From: Methanocaldococcus sp. 28A
GTDB lineage: Archaea > AGJL01 > Methanococci > Methanococcales > Methanocaldococcaceae
Length of the DNA: 64,000 nt
Strand: one strand, 5' to 3'
Assembly (NCBI GenBank): GCA_049852185.1
Contig: CP187540.1
The notes under the pieces are model-generated. The model searched no databases and was not told the DNA's origin. It saw only the letters and a list, made by a program, of their open reading frames with translations. Shown here piece after piece: positions 19,150-29,863 of this stretch. The number at the start of each line of letters is the position of its first letter. The first letter of the stretch is position 1. The position numbers and the translations under genes are program-made.

Positions 19150-21339
19150 TTTTTCCACCCCAATTCTTTTATTTATAAGATTTAAGTTGTATTTTTCAGC
19201 AAATGAAAGTGGAGATGATAATTTAAACAAATAGAAATAAAATGCCATAGGATTGTCAGCATAATTATTGAATAATGAGACAATAATATTGTCAGATTTT
19301 GAACCTCCTTTTAAGGTATATCCTAATTTCCAAAGTAATTTAAATTCATCCCTAATTTTTTCAATTTCGTCTATCCTAACTTTGTCCCACCTTAATTTTT
19401 TGAACGATTTTATAGAATAATCAAATATAATCGTCTCTCTTTTTGCCTTATCTGGATTAAATGGATATGTTAAATAAAACTTAAAGCCAGTCTCATAGAC
19501 AAAATCTAAAATTTTCTTGTAGAATCTTATAAACTCAATCTGTTTGGATATATCAACAAAAGTCATTAAAAATGGCGATAATTCCTCTTCTCTTTTTACA
19601 TTGAATCCATAAACTGCTTTTATAAACAATTTAGCATCGTTCATTAAATTTCCTAAATTCTCTTCAACATTTTCAATGTATTTTGTTAAATTTTCGTCCA
19701 TTATTGGAATAAAGTAGTCATAAACGTCAATATATACCGCTTGAACATTTTCTTTTTTTCCAAAGATTAATTTTCTAAAGGTTATTTCAGTTAAACACAA
19801 GGGGCAGATGTTCTTTTTAGTGTTATTTAAAGAAACTACTGTTCTATTAGTAAAACCTCTTGGTTTAAATCCAAAACATAAGTTTTCTGTTGCTATTATA
19901 GATGATTTTCTTCCACATAATGAGCATATATTCTTTTTTGAGCCAATATCATCAAATTTCATTTCTTTTATCTTTTTTCCATTTAAATAGGCGTATCCCA
20001 GTAACTCACTAATAATCTCTTTTAAATTTACTCTCTCAGAACCACTGTAATTTGTTTTTAACAATGTTATTAAGTCAGATAGTATCTCTTTCTCATCAAA
20101 TCCTTTTTTTGTAGCAATATAAAGTTTGAGATAATTTTTTAGCCCAGTATCAGAATTTTTAATTCTATTAACAAAATCTTCATCTAAATCAAAATATTTA
20201 TCTATTTTGAAATATTTATCTTCAAACTTGGATTTTAATTTTTTAATAGTTTTTTCATTAGTTTCCGTTGGTGTTAATTGTAACAACAATTTTAAGAGTT
20301 TAAATTTTCTAAATTCCTCTTCATCGAAATCTTCAATCTTTTTTGTAAATATCTCTCTAGCTTCTTCGTCTTTTTTGGAGATATCTTTATAGAATATAAC
20401 ATCATCTAAAGATTTGATTAATCTTAATATTCTATCTTCTGTAATCTCTATAAATCTAAAAATGTCCACTTGTGCCTTTTGTCTATCAATTTTGACCATA
20501 TTTTCAATATTTCTATAAAGAAACTCTTCAAATGATTTTACCAAATAATCTTCGTCTATTTTTAAATTCCCTTCGTAAATGAAACCCTTTGGAGATATAA
20601 TGTAACAATCTACATTTTCTCTTAACCTCTCAACGATAAACCTTGCTAAAACTTCATAAGGAATATCATCAAAGTAAAATACATTTACATCCACATAATT
20701 TCTCAATTTTTTCCAAATATTTAATATTCCACTGTAACTTTCAATTGGTATAGAGATGCTATCTGCTAAATGAATAATCTCAATTAAATCATCTTTTATT
20801 AACCTATTTAATCCTCTTCTTGTTGGTAATTTGTTATCAGGAATAACAAATCTTGTTCTTTCTTCAGTTGCTAATATAAGATATTTCACAATCTCCTTTT
20901 CTTCTTCATTTAGTTCAATTTCTAAATCTTTCAAATCATTTTCAAAATATTTTTCAACTGATGTTTTCAAGTCAATTTCATTATGCAACTTATTTATATC
21001 GTGGAACGTATATGCAATTAAAAGGCACTTTAAAAGCATTCTTATGTCTTTATCATCATTATTTTCATCTATTAATCCTTTATTCAGCCATCTATTTTCT
21101 AAAACTTTTAAAGAAGGAATTATTCCATTTAGTATGTGCATAGGATAACTCATATCTGGAAGGTCTTTTGCTTCAATCTCTCCACTTTTAACTTTTTCCT
21201 CAAAAGATTTTCCACCTTTTGCTGGCTTTAAGTGATATTTTTTAAATAGATTAATAAAAACTTTATTTAAATAGTTTTTAGTTTCTTCTTGGAATAACTT
21301 AGTTTTAAAGATTTTTTTGGTTTTTACTTTAATTTCCAT
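18775..21339 (-). CDS. cas10d: Type I-D Cas10d (Csc3) with N-terminal HD nuclease
   Basis: H-ILNG, AYTFHDINK, HLAD, CSLC...CPLC zinc finger, 854 aa. Confidence 0.9.
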   Translation of the reverse strand: MEIKVKTKKIFKTKLFQEETKNYLNKVFINLFKKYHLKPAKGGKSFEEKVKSGEIEAKDLPDMSYPMHILNGIIPSLKVLENRWLNKGLIDENNDDKDIRMLLKCLLIAYTFHDINKLHNEIDLKTSVEKYFENDLKDLEIELNEEEKEIVKYLILATEERTRFVIPDNKLPTRRGLNRLIKDDLIEIIHLADSISIPIESYSGILNIWKKLRNYVDVNVFYFDDIPYEVLARFIVERLRENVDCYIISPKGFIYEGNLKIDEDYLVKSFEEFLYRNIENMVKIDRQKAQVDIFRFIEITEDRILRLIKSLDDVIFYKDISKKDEEAREIFTKKIEDFDEEEFRKFKLLKLLLQLTPTETNEKTIKKLKSKFEDKYFKIDKYFDLDEDFVNRIKNSDTGLKNYLKLYIATKKGFDEKEILSDLITLLKTNYSGSERVNLKEIISELLGYAYLNGKKIKEMKFDDIGSKKNICSLCGRKSSIIATENLCFGFKPRGFTNRTVVSLNNTKKNICPLCLTEITFRKLIFGKKENVQAVYIDVYDYFIPIMDENLTKYIENVEENLGNLMNDAKLFIKAVYGFNVKREEELSPFLMTFVDISKQIEFIRFYKKILDFVYETGFKFYLTYPFNPDKAKRETIIFDYSIKSFKKLRWDKVRIDEIEKIRDEFKLLWKLGYTLKGGSKSDNIIVSLFNNYADNPMAFYFYLFKLSSPLSFAEKYNLNLINKRIGVEKMNIIEKLADIASDIEWAKGSASSKTSMIRETLDVLKTGVKRGYGDEEIKSMMAGILYKKYPYPSKKEKIEEFCNVLYDELFKGLWRGKIPSKKELRYWIYAFAYHYDTKSKEKRNVRTYQEENQ

Positions 21340-21510
21340 AATTACACCTTAGGTATAACTTACCAATAATATCCGTTACTTCACTATATCCTTACATTTC
21401 TTGATATATAAATTTAACCATTAACTTTTTTGGTTAAGTTTTTTAGAAATATTTATTAACATTAACTAAATGCTAAACTTAAAAAAGGTAGTTATAAAAG
21501 AGGGAGAAAA

Positions 21511-22116
21511 ATGACAACGCATATAATAAACATAGGATTTCACGCTGAGCATATTTATAAACCAATTGCAGAGTATGGAGCAAAAAAAGTAATTCTTGTA
21601 TATTCAAAAGATAAAGAAGAATATGTAAAAGAAGAGGATTTAAAAAAAGTTGATGAGGCTCTAAAAAAAGCAAAAGAGTTATGCAATATGCTTGGGATTG
21701 AATGTGAGGAAGTAAAGATAAACGGGATAGAGTTTGAAAAAAATGTTGAAATGTTAAGAGACATCATAAAAAAAGAGGACGACAAAGTTATTGTAAATAT
21801 AACTGGTGGTAGAAAAATAACATCTCTCGCATTGCTTTATGCCTCATTATATGAATTTCAAAAAGTAGATAAAATTGTTTATGTACACAAAAAGAGGATT
21901 ATAGAACTTCCAAAAATAGCACATCCATACAATTTAACAAAATTTGAAAGGAAAATTTTAGCATCGCTAAACGAAGGAGAAAAAACGATAACTGAGTTGG
22001 CAAAAGAGTTTAATGTCTCTCTACCAGCAATTATAAAGTATGTAAATTCCTTAGAAAGTAAAGGACTCATAAAAACTAAAAAAATAGGTAGAAAAAGAAT
22101 AGTTAAATTAAATTAA
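21511..22116 (+). CDS. csa3: Csa3-like CARF-wHTH regulator divergent from the I-D operon
   Basis: NIGF, NITGGRK CARF motif, ArsR-like HTH. Confidence 0.85.
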   Translation: MTTHIINIGFHAEHIYKPIAEYGAKKVILVYSKDKEEYVKEEDLKKVDEALKKAKELCNMLGIECEEVKINGIEFEKNVEMLRDIIKKEDDKVIVNITGGRKITSLALLYASLYEFQKVDKIVYVHKKRIIELPKIAHPYNLTKFERKILASLNEGEKTITELAKEFNVSLPAIIKYVNSLESKGLIKTKKIGRKRIVKLN

Positions 22117-22823
22117 TCAATATTCATAACCATCCCAAAACCCATACTATTTTTCTCTCCAAAGCCACACTCATAACCAAATTTTATTAGTTCATAATCT
22201 CCCCAAACCTTAAACACCATTTCAGAACATCTACAGTAAATATCCTTTATTCTCATTCTCTTAGTTTTATATTTTAAGATTTCGAATTCAAAGTTCATAT
22301 CACATTTTTCGTTATAAAATGCTTCATATTTCTTTTTTAGATTATTTTTTAAATTTTCATAAAATTTTGAATTATTTGGAAGTAAATCATAGTCTTTTAA
22401 TTTACCATCTACATTAATTTTTGTTTTTAAATATATTGGAGAAATTGTTTTTAATATATTAAATTTTTTTGGTATTGGAAGTATTTTAGCCTTATTTATA
22501 TAAAACTCAATATTTCCTACTCTTAGTTTTCCATCTTCTAAAAGCCCTTCAACAAAATTCTCTATAAATTCAGTTTTTGGAGAAGAGATATAGAGATAAG
22601 CTTTTCCATCTATTGTTTCAATCCCCTCCTTTCTAATAACTCTCTTTTTTATCTGCAATAAAGAGAAGGTAAAGAACTTAAATTTTTGATAGCTATGTAA
22701 TCTTTCAGCATATTCTGGACTTGCAGAGTGTATTTTGTTATATATGGCGGATGCCAAATAATACTGATGATTGTAAGGAATAACTGTAAAATTATCTGTT
22801 TGCAGTTCTAATTCAATTCTCAT
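22113..22823 (-). CDS. cas6: Cas6 crRNA endoribonuclease
   Basis: FKFFTFS, TISPI, GFGEKNSMGFG glycine-rich loop. Confidence 0.96.
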   Translation of the reverse strand: MRIELELQTDNFTVIPYNHQYYLASAIYNKIHSASPEYAERLHSYQKFKFFTFSLLQIKKRVIRKEGIETIDGKAYLYISSPKTEFIENFVEGLLEDGKLRVGNIEFYINKAKILPIPKKFNILKTISPIYLKTKINVDGKLKDYDLLPNNSKFYENLKNNLKKKYEAFYNEKCDMNFEFEILKYKTKRMRIKDIYCRCSEMVFKVWGDYELIKFGYECGFGEKNSMGFGMVMNID

Positions 22824-22877
22824 ACTCCCCCTCAAAAAAGATTTAAATAGATGATAATTGTTTTATTTTATATTTAA

Positions 22878-22973
22878 TAAGACTTTCGCAGTAATAAATA
22901 TAAAAATGTAAAAAATACTTAAAATAGGACTTTCATGCTTTATATATTTGATAATATTCCTGCAAAAGTCATA
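22878..22973. mobile_element. Degenerate MITE family B ends
   Basis: TAAGACTTTCGCAG (22878) and TAGGACTTTCA...TGCAAAAGTCATA (22925-22973). Confidence 0.6.
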
Positions 22974-23014
22974 TTGGAAATTATATCATTAAAAAATATA
23001 AAAAAAGAAATAAT

Positions 23015-23500
23015 TTATTCTTCTTTGAAGTATTCATCATAAACTCCGGCATCAATTTCTTTTTGTACTTCTTTAGGGTCTTTTCCTTCAACTGTTACTC
23101 CCATTGAACCACATGTTCCTAAAACTTCTTTTACAGCGTTTTTTAAAGTATAGGAGAGCATTGAATCCATTTTCATCTTGGCTATTTTAATAACTTGCTC
23201 TAATGTTAAGTTTCCAACAACTTCGTGTCTTGGTTCGTGAGCGGCTGTTTCAATTCCCAACTCTTTTTTAATTAAAGCAGTTGTTGGAGGAATTCCTACT
23301 TCAATTTCAAACTTTCTTGTTTCTGTATCAACTATAACTTTAACTGGAACTTGCATTCCTTCATAGTCTTTTGTTTTTTCATTAATCTCTTTAACAACCT
23401 GCATGACGTTAACTCCTAAAGGCCCAATTGCTGGTCCTAATGGTGGTCCTGCTGTTGCTCTACCTCCAGTAACTAATACTTCAACAACCTCTTTAGCCAT
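23015..23500 (-). CDS. rpl11: 50S ribosomal protein L11
   Basis: [28 protein letters not shown]. Confidence 0.98.
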   Translation of the reverse strand: MAKEVVEVLVTGGRATAGPPLGPAIGPLGVNVMQVVKEINEKTKDYEGMQVPVKVIVDTETRKFEIEVGIPPTTALIKKELGIETAAHEPRHEVVGNLTLEQVIKIAKMKMDSMLSYTLKNAVKEVLGTCGSMGVTVEGKDPKEVQKEIDAGVYDEYFKEE

Positions 23501-23686
23501 AATATTCACCTCAAAGTATATTGGAATGACTGTTCAGTTTAGATACTTAAATGTTTCATTTTTCCTTATAAAAAGAATTAATGTGTAGATAAAATTAATG
23601 CATTAGGTATATAAAGTTATGCCTTCCATATAAATTTAATAGAACTATAATAAGATTTTATAATAATTATGGTGATGTTTATTATA

Positions 23687-23799
23687 TAGTATTGTGCAAA
23701 ATAAAATAAACTTTAAGTAAGAAGGACAATTTAAATGCCTTCCAAAAGGAAGACATTTATTAATGCCTTATTTATTATAAACACATTTGCACAAAGCTA
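23687..23799. mobile_element. MITE family A copy, next to a family B right end (23805-23817)
   Basis: TAGTATTGTGCAAAATAAAATAAAC...TTTGCACAAAGCTA, TA flanks, then AACTGCGGAAGTCCTA. Confidence 0.8.
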
Positions 23800-23818
23800 T
23801 AAACTGCGGAAGTCCTAT

Positions 23819-24262
23819 TTAATCTTTATGCTTTGAAACTATTTTAACACCTTCGACAGATAAGGTTATTGGTATAGGAACTGTAGCATTCTCAAGTTCT
23901 AAAGTAACCTCTTCTTTATTTTTATCTACTCTAATAACCTTTGCTCTCTCTCCTTTAAACGGACCTGCAATAATTTCAACAACATCTCCTTTCTCAATGT
24001 TTTCAATAATTTTCTTTGGAGTTAATAATGGTTCTATTTCTTCAATAGCCACTGTCCCAGGAACGATTCCTCTAACTCTTGGCATTCCTTTTATTAATTC
24101 CTCGACATCTCCTTTAGACTCCGCCTCAACTAAAACATATCCTTTCAATGATTCAGATGCTAATATTGAGTAAACATCTAATTGTTCCTTTTCAACTCTA
24201 CTTGCCATTAATCCTGCTATATTCTTTTCCTGACCAACCATAGTTCTAACTGCAAAAATCAT
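23819..24262 (-). CDS. spt5: Transcription elongation factor Spt5 (NusG)
   Basis: NGN domain plus KOW motif (GDVVEIIAGPFKG). Confidence 0.97.
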   Translation of the reverse strand: MIFAVRTMVGQEKNIAGLMASRVEKEQLDVYSILASESLKGYVLVEAESKGDVEELIKGMPRVRGIVPGTVAIEEIEPLLTPKKIIENIEKGDVVEIIAGPFKGERAKVIRVDKNKEEVTLELENATVPIPITLSVEGVKIVSKHKD

Positions 24263-24358
24263 AGTCTCACCTAATAAATTTTAAAAAAATAAAATAAAAA
24301 ATACGTTAAAATACTGTATAAAAAAGTTTCTAAATTTATTTATTGTTGTTTAATTAAG

Positions 24359-24583
24359 TTATACTTTTGGAGTAGCAGGAGGTTTTAATAAACTTTTAAT
24401 ATATGTTGCTGGGACGTGGATTATATAGCCAATAATTCCTAATAAAGATATCCCTAAGGCAGTAATTTTAGCAACAGCTATATATTCATCTTTTGTGGGC
24501 TTTTTCAAAACTAACCAAACTCTCTTACATTCTTCAAGGAACTCTTTAAGCTGTTCCATTTTTTGATTAAAATTTACTTCCAT
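24359..24583 (-). CDS. secE: Protein translocase SecE/Sec61-gamma
   Basis: RVWLVLKKPTKDEY plus one TM helix, ftsZ-secE-spt5-rpl11 context. Confidence 0.96.
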   Translation of the reverse strand: MEVNFNQKMEQLKEFLEECKRVWLVLKKPTKDEYIAVAKITALGISLLGIIGYIIHVPATYIKSLLKPPATPKV

Positions 24584-24592
24584 TGTATCCCC

Positions 24593-25687
24593 TTAAATTT
24601 TTGGAATATTTAGTAAATCAGTTTTTTTCCTTTTAAGTCCAGTAGCTCCAAATTCAACTCTTGATTGAACTCCAGTAACAACTAATAAAACTTTCACAGT
24701 ATTTTCTAAGTTTTCATCTATTGTTGCTCCCCAAATTATTGTAGCGTTAGGGTCCAATCTTGAGGAAACTGTAGCAACTACATCTTTAGCTTCATCTAAT
24801 GTTAAATCTTCAGGACCCATTATATGTATTAAAGCCCCAGTAGCTCCATCTATATCAACATCTAATAGTGGAGAGTTTAATGCCATGTTAACAGCTTCTT
24901 TAGCCCTTTTCTCACTATCACTCTCGCCAATACCAATCATTGCTAATCCTCCATTGCTCATAACAGCTTTAACATCGGCAAAGTCAACGTTAATTAATCC
25001 ATCTTTAGTTATTAATTCTACTAATCCTTTTACAGCGTTAATTAAAACTTCATCAGCTACTTTAAATGCCAATTTTAATGGCATATTTGGAACTATTTCA
25101 AATAATTTTTCATTAGGGATAACAACTAATGTGTCAGTATTTTGCTTTAGTTTTTCTAAACCTTCCATTGCATTTTTCATTCTAACTTTTCCTTCCATAG
25201 CAAATGGTAGAGTAACTACAGCAACAGTTAAAGCTCCTATTTTTTTGGAAATTTCAGCTACAATTGGGGCTGAACCTGTTCCTGTACCTCCACCTAATCC
25301 ACAGGTAATAAATACCATATCTGAATCCTGAATTGCTGCTTTAATCTCTTCAGCACTTTCTTTTGCTGCTTCTTCACCAATCTTTGGATTACCTCCAGCA
25401 CCAAGACCTCTTGTTAATTTTTTACCAATTAAAATCTTTTTATCTGCTTTTGTTCTTATTAATTGTTGAGCATCTGTATTAATAGCAATTGTTTTAGCTC
25501 CTTCTATACCCTCCAATGTTAATCTTGTAATGGTGTTGTTTCCTGCCCCACCACAACCTACTACTGTAATCCTTGCTTTAGTTTGTTGCAAATATTCCAT
25601 TAATTCTTGATCTTCTGGGGATAATTCTAATTCGTTGAATTCCTCTGATTTATATCCCTCTTCTAAAACATTTTTTAGAAATTTCAC
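24593..25687 (-). CDS. ftsZ: Cell division protein FtsZ
   Basis: GCGGAGNN, GGGTGTG tubulin signature, INVDFADV. Confidence 0.98.
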   Translation of the reverse strand: MKFLKNVLEEGYKSEEFNELELSPEDQELMEYLQQTKARITVVGCGGAGNNTITRLTLEGIEGAKTIAINTDAQQLIRTKADKKILIGKKLTRGLGAGGNPKIGEEAAKESAEEIKAAIQDSDMVFITCGLGGGTGTGSAPIVAEISKKIGALTVAVVTLPFAMEGKVRMKNAMEGLEKLKQNTDTLVVIPNEKLFEIVPNMPLKLAFKVADEVLINAVKGLVELITKDGLINVDFADVKAVMSNGGLAMIGIGESDSEKRAKEAVNMALNSPLLDVDIDGATGALIHIMGPEDLTLDEAKDVVATVSSRLDPNATIIWGATIDENLENTVKVLLVVTGVQSRVEFGATGLKRKKTDLLNIPKI

Positions 25688-25962
25688 GTTATGACCTCCA
25701 TAAAATTATTTTTGTTTTTAATATTACTATTACTATAAATTAATTACTATAAATTAATAAATATTAGTAAATAACCTAAATGGTTATATATGAATATTTT
25801 ATATACTATTCTCCTACGTGGTTCTTCATCTGGAATCATTGATGTGGCATATTATTATTACAATTTTAAAATTTGATATAAAAATCTATTGGTCATAACT
25901 TATCATAATAAAATAATTTAGGTTGAAATCATTGAGTATTAAAAAGTTATTTGGTGAGTATT

Positions 25963-27072
25963 ATGGTTAAACTTCCTGCCATATCAAAAAAACCAAGGGA
26001 AATTGCCAAACAAAAAATTATTGAACTGGCTAAAAAGATGTATGATGATTTAATGAAGGGGAAAAGACCAAGGATAACAATGCCAATTAGAAGTTTATCT
26101 AATGCCGTATTTGATAAAGAGAAGGGTTCATTTACTTTGGTAGGTAAAGAAAAGACAAGAACATTAACTGTAAATCAGGCAAAGATTTTTGCACAAACTA
26201 CTAAGATGTTGGAATTTGCTAAGCAGTTATTAGAAACTAATGATTTTTCAACATTAAGGGAAGCTTATTATGTCTCAAAAAATTGGGGAGAAGCAAGATT
26301 TGATGACCAACAGGCATCAAACAATGTTATTGAAGATTTAGAAGCAGCTTTAGGAGTTTTGAGAGAACACCTTGGATTTATTCCTGAGGAAGATGGTTCT
26401 TCTGTTGTAGGACCATTAAAAATTATAGAAGAAACTCCTGAAGGAGAGCTTGTTGTTGATTGTACAAAGTTGGGTACTGGAGCTTATAACATTCCAAATG
26501 ATGTAACAAAATTAAATCTTGAGACAGATGCTGATTTTGTATTGGCAATAGAAACATCAGGTATGTTTGCAAGATTAAATGCAGAGAGATTTTGGGATAA
26601 GCATAACTGTATATTGGTTTCATTAAAAGGGGTTCCTGCAAGAGCAACAAGGAGGTTTATAAAAAGACTTCATGAAGAACACGACCTACCTGTTTTAGTA
26701 TTTACAGATGGGGACCCTTATGGATATTTAAATATTTATAGAACTCTAAAAGTTGGTAGTGGTAAAGCAATTCATTTAGCTGATAAGTTATCAATTCCTG
26801 CCGCGAGGCTGATTGGAGTTACCCCACAGGATATTGTTGATTATGATTTACCAACTCACCCATTGAAGGAACAAGATATTAAGAGGATAAAAGATGGTTT
26901 AAAAAATGATGACTTTGTAAGAAGTTTCCCAGAATGGCAAAAAGCTTTAAAACAGATGCTTGATATGGGTGTGAGAGCAGAGCAGCAGTCTTTAGCTAAG
27001 TATGGTTTAAAGTATGTGGTTAATACTTATTTACCTGAAAAAATTAAAGATGAAAGCACATGGTTACCATAA
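25963..27072 (+). CDS. top6A: DNA topoisomerase VI subunit A
   Basis: TLREAYY catalytic Tyr, Toprim IE and DGDPYG, EQQ. Confidence 0.97.
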   Translation: MVKLPAISKKPREIAKQKIIELAKKMYDDLMKGKRPRITMPIRSLSNAVFDKEKGSFTLVGKEKTRTLTVNQAKIFAQTTKMLEFAKQLLETNDFSTLREAYYVSKNWGEARFDDQQASNNVIEDLEAALGVLREHLGFIPEEDGSSVVGPLKIIEETPEGELVVDCTKLGTGAYNIPNDVTKLNLETDADFVLAIETSGMFARLNAERFWDKHNCILVSLKGVPARATRRFIKRLHEEHDLPVLVFTDGDPYGYLNIYRTLKVGSGKAIHLADKLSIPAARLIGVTPQDIVDYDLPTHPLKEQDIKRIKDGLKNDDFVRSFPEWQKALKQMLDMGVRAEQQSLAKYGLKYVVNTYLPEKIKDESTWLP

Positions 27073-27181
27073 TTTTTTGAATGTGGATTAAATTAATTTA
27101 AATTTTATTTAACTATTAATTCAAAAATTATTTGGTTTTAATATCTAAAATAAAAAATAAAAACAAAAATTTTTAAAATTA

Positions 27182-27271
27182 TGGCGCAGGGGCTGGGATT
27201 TGAACCCAGGCGGGGCAAAGCCCCACTGGATCTCAAGTCCAGCGCCGTAGTCCTGGCTTGGCTACCCCTGC
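27182..27271 (-). tRNA. tRNA-Ser(TGA)
   Basis: CTGGA-CT-TGA-GA-TCCAG, long variable arm, G discriminator, CCA. Confidence 0.95.
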
Positions 27272-27334
27272 ACAAAACAGGCATAATGAAGAATATAATG
27301 ATTTAGTATATAAATTTTACGGTCAATGAGAAGA

Positions 27335-27533
27335 TGTCAAGATAAGGATTAAATAAATAATTAAATAAATATGTGCAAATATACAGGAAAATATGAAACT
27401 CTCACAAATAGAAACGTTAAAGGATGGATTATTTAGCTGGAATTTTGTATTATTTAGGATTATCGTTAAGAAATGTTAGTTTGTTTCTCTAACAGTTTAA
27501 GAGTATAAGTCATGAATCGGTTAGACAATTTTT
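27335..27533 (+). mobile_element. IS6-family transposase 5' remnant
   Basis: Reads [31 protein letters not shown], resembling the N-terminal HTH of archaeal IS6 transposases; in-frame stop, truncated. Confidence 0.65.
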
Positions 27534-27536
27534 ATT

Positions 27537-27977
27537 TTATAAAATTTTTATATCAAATTGACAGAAATCATCGCCTAAACCTACACAGTGTGTTTCAGTT
27601 GCTCTAACCTTTTTATTTAATATCTTTTCTAAACAACCTGCAATAAATCCTCCTTCAAACCAACATAGTGGCTTACCAACTTTTGGAAGTCCAGAGCAAG
27701 AGATACACTCATAAACTCTAATTTGTAGAGGATTTTTATTTACAATCTCCATTTTCCCAAGTTTATATTCATCATAAAATTTTATCATATCATCAATAGA
27801 TGAATGATTCAAACTTTTTCCCAGTTCTTTCCCACATTCATAAATTATTCCATTTGCTTCTCTTCCTAAAAATCTTTCTAAGTCCATAAATCTTATTAAT
27901 CTAAAAACGGTAATATCTATATCTCTACCTAAGGAATTTCTATTAGATTTTGAAAGTTCATCTATTGAAAATTTCAT
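27537..27977 (-). CDS. V4R domain protein
   Basis: ECISCSG, PLCWFEGGFIAG, ETHC...CQF. Confidence 0.9.
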   Translation of the reverse strand: MKFSIDELSKSNRNSLGRDIDITVFRLIRFMDLERFLGREANGIIYECGKELGKSLNHSSIDDMIKFYDEYKLGKMEIVNKNPLQIRVYECISCSGLPKVGKPLCWFEGGFIAGCLEKILNKKVRATETHCVGLGDDFCQFDIKIL

Positions 27978-28069
27978 AATATTGCCCCCTTAATAAAAAT
28001 AATAAGTAATCTAGGAATTATGATGGTTTAATTGTTCATAGATATTTAAATTTTAATAAATTTTAAATT

Positions 28070-29086
28070 CTACTTAAATAAGTTATTTGAGCTTCTTCTA
28101 ATCATTCCCTCAACAGCACACTTTCCAACTAATGATATGGCTTCTTTTATCAAAGCCTGAGGAGCTACTAAATATGTCTCATTAACTTCTTTCTCTCCAA
28201 TAGTTGATTTATCAAACTCTTCGATAATCTTCAAAGCTAACTTTAAATCTTTCTGCTTTTCATCAATTAGCATATTTTTTGCAGATGTAATTAAAGCATC
28301 TTTATCTAAAACCGTCATCAATCCTTCAAGTCCTGAAGTTTCAATAATTGAGGCAATAGTTTGAAGAGAAACCAATATTTGCTTTTCTATCATATCTTTT
28401 GGAACATTAATAATTTCTTTTCCGACTCTATAATAGTCTAAGACTCCTACTAAAGTTATTGCAGTAACTAAAACATTCATATCTGCAACTGCAGGCACTA
28501 CATCTGCAGGAGCTATATATGGTGTTTTTCCAATGCTTTTCACTAGTTCAACTAATTTGTTTATTTGTTCTTCTGTTACATACTCTTTACCTTCTAATGC
28601 TTTTCCAGCAATTGTATAATATTTCTGTCCTGGAGTTCCTGGAACTCCTGTTGGGTGCATTGATGAAATTCCAACATCTTTTCTTTTTAATCTTAAAATT
28701 CCTTCCAATGACCTATATAAAACAGGAGTAGGAATAGTACATGTGTTACAAATAACAGCATTTTCGGGGACATGTTCAATAATCTTCTTTGCAATGTTTA
28801 TTGTTATTTTACCAAACGGTGTAAATAAGATATGAACTTCTCCATGTTTTGCTGCTTCTATATCATCACTAACAACTTTAACTCCAGCTTCTTCAACTTT
28901 CTTCCATAATTCTTCACTCATTATATTTTTATTAGGTTCTGATAGGATAACATCATGTCCAGCTTTAGCAAATTCTATAGCCATTCTTGCTCCACCATAA
29001 GGTGGTTCTCCACCAAATTTTTCTGGTAGATTTAATTGGTTTATATATAAATCTTGATTTCCCGCTCCGTATATTGATATTTTCAT
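28070..29086 (-). CDS. H2-forming methylene-H4MPT dehydrogenase paralogue (HmdII-like)
   Basis: YGAGNQ, FGGEPPYGG, LFTPFG, CNTCT, SSMHPTGVPGT. Confidence 0.9.
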   Translation of the reverse strand: MKISIYGAGNQDLYINQLNLPEKFGGEPPYGGARMAIEFAKAGHDVILSEPNKNIMSEELWKKVEEAGVKVVSDDIEAAKHGEVHILFTPFGKITINIAKKIIEHVPENAVICNTCTIPTPVLYRSLEGILRLKRKDVGISSMHPTGVPGTPGQKYYTIAGKALEGKEYVTEEQINKLVELVKSIGKTPYIAPADVVPAVADMNVLVTAITLVGVLDYYRVGKEIINVPKDMIEKQILVSLQTIASIIETSGLEGLMTVLDKDALITSAKNMLIDEKQKDLKLALKIIEEFDKSTIGEKEVNETYLVAPQALIKEAISLVGKCAVEGMIRRSSNNLFK

Positions 29087-29126
29087 TTTAATCCCTCCAT
29101 AGTAAAATTTAGAAGACTTAATTAGT

Positions 29127-29471
29127 TTAAATCATAGCTTTTATTTTTTCTGCAGCTCTTTTCATAGTAATTCTAATTAGACCTAAGTTAACTTTTGCAT
29201 CAGTTAAAACAACTAAGATTCCCTCACCAGCATCGACCATTAAAGTTTTACCATGCTCTCCTTCAACCATTGTTTGCACTAAACTACCCATACCAATTTC
29301 TGCAGCTGTTCTCTCAGCTGCCCCAAATGCTGCTGATGCCATAGCCCCTACTAACTCGGCATCAATATTTCCTGGCAATTGAGTAGCTATAACTAATCCA
29401 TCTTTCCCTACAACCATTGAACCTTTAATCCCTTCTGTCTTATTTAGCTCTATTAATACTCTATCTATCAT
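29127..29471 (-). CDS. Roadblock/LC7 domain protein
   Basis: [23 protein letters not shown]. Confidence 0.92.
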   Translation of the reverse strand: MIDRVLIELNKTEGIKGSMVVGKDGLVIATQLPGNIDAELVGAMASAAFGAAERTAAEIGMGSLVQTMVEGEHGKTLMVDAGEGILVVLTDAKVNLGLIRITMKRAAEKIKAMI

Positions 29472-29863
29472 ACAACCCCCCAAGAAATTAATTAATATAA
29501 ACTATTTAAATTTTATTTTTTAAATTTTATTTTATCTATTATAAACTATATTTTAAAATTTTAAATTTTATTTTATTAACTTTTATTTTATAATATATAA
29601 ACCTTACCATAAATATATCATAAATCATAACTGTTAATATATATTATTTAAAAATTAATAATACCTATTAAATTTCTAAAATAAAATCATTAAAAATTTT
29701 AATAACAACTACATTTATAGAGGACTTTCACAGTTTAAATATTCATTAAGGAATTAACTATCCTAATACACTTTATTTGGTATTAAGGAAATTTTAAAGC
29801 TTTTGTTTTAATAAATTGGTATTCTATTATCCTTAAGAAAGCAATATAATTTTGGTGTCAAAA

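Noticed and set aside
25805-25852. Slightly GC-rich patch between ftsZ and top6A as a C/D sRNA
   Set aside because: No convincing C and D box pair and no stable fold seen.
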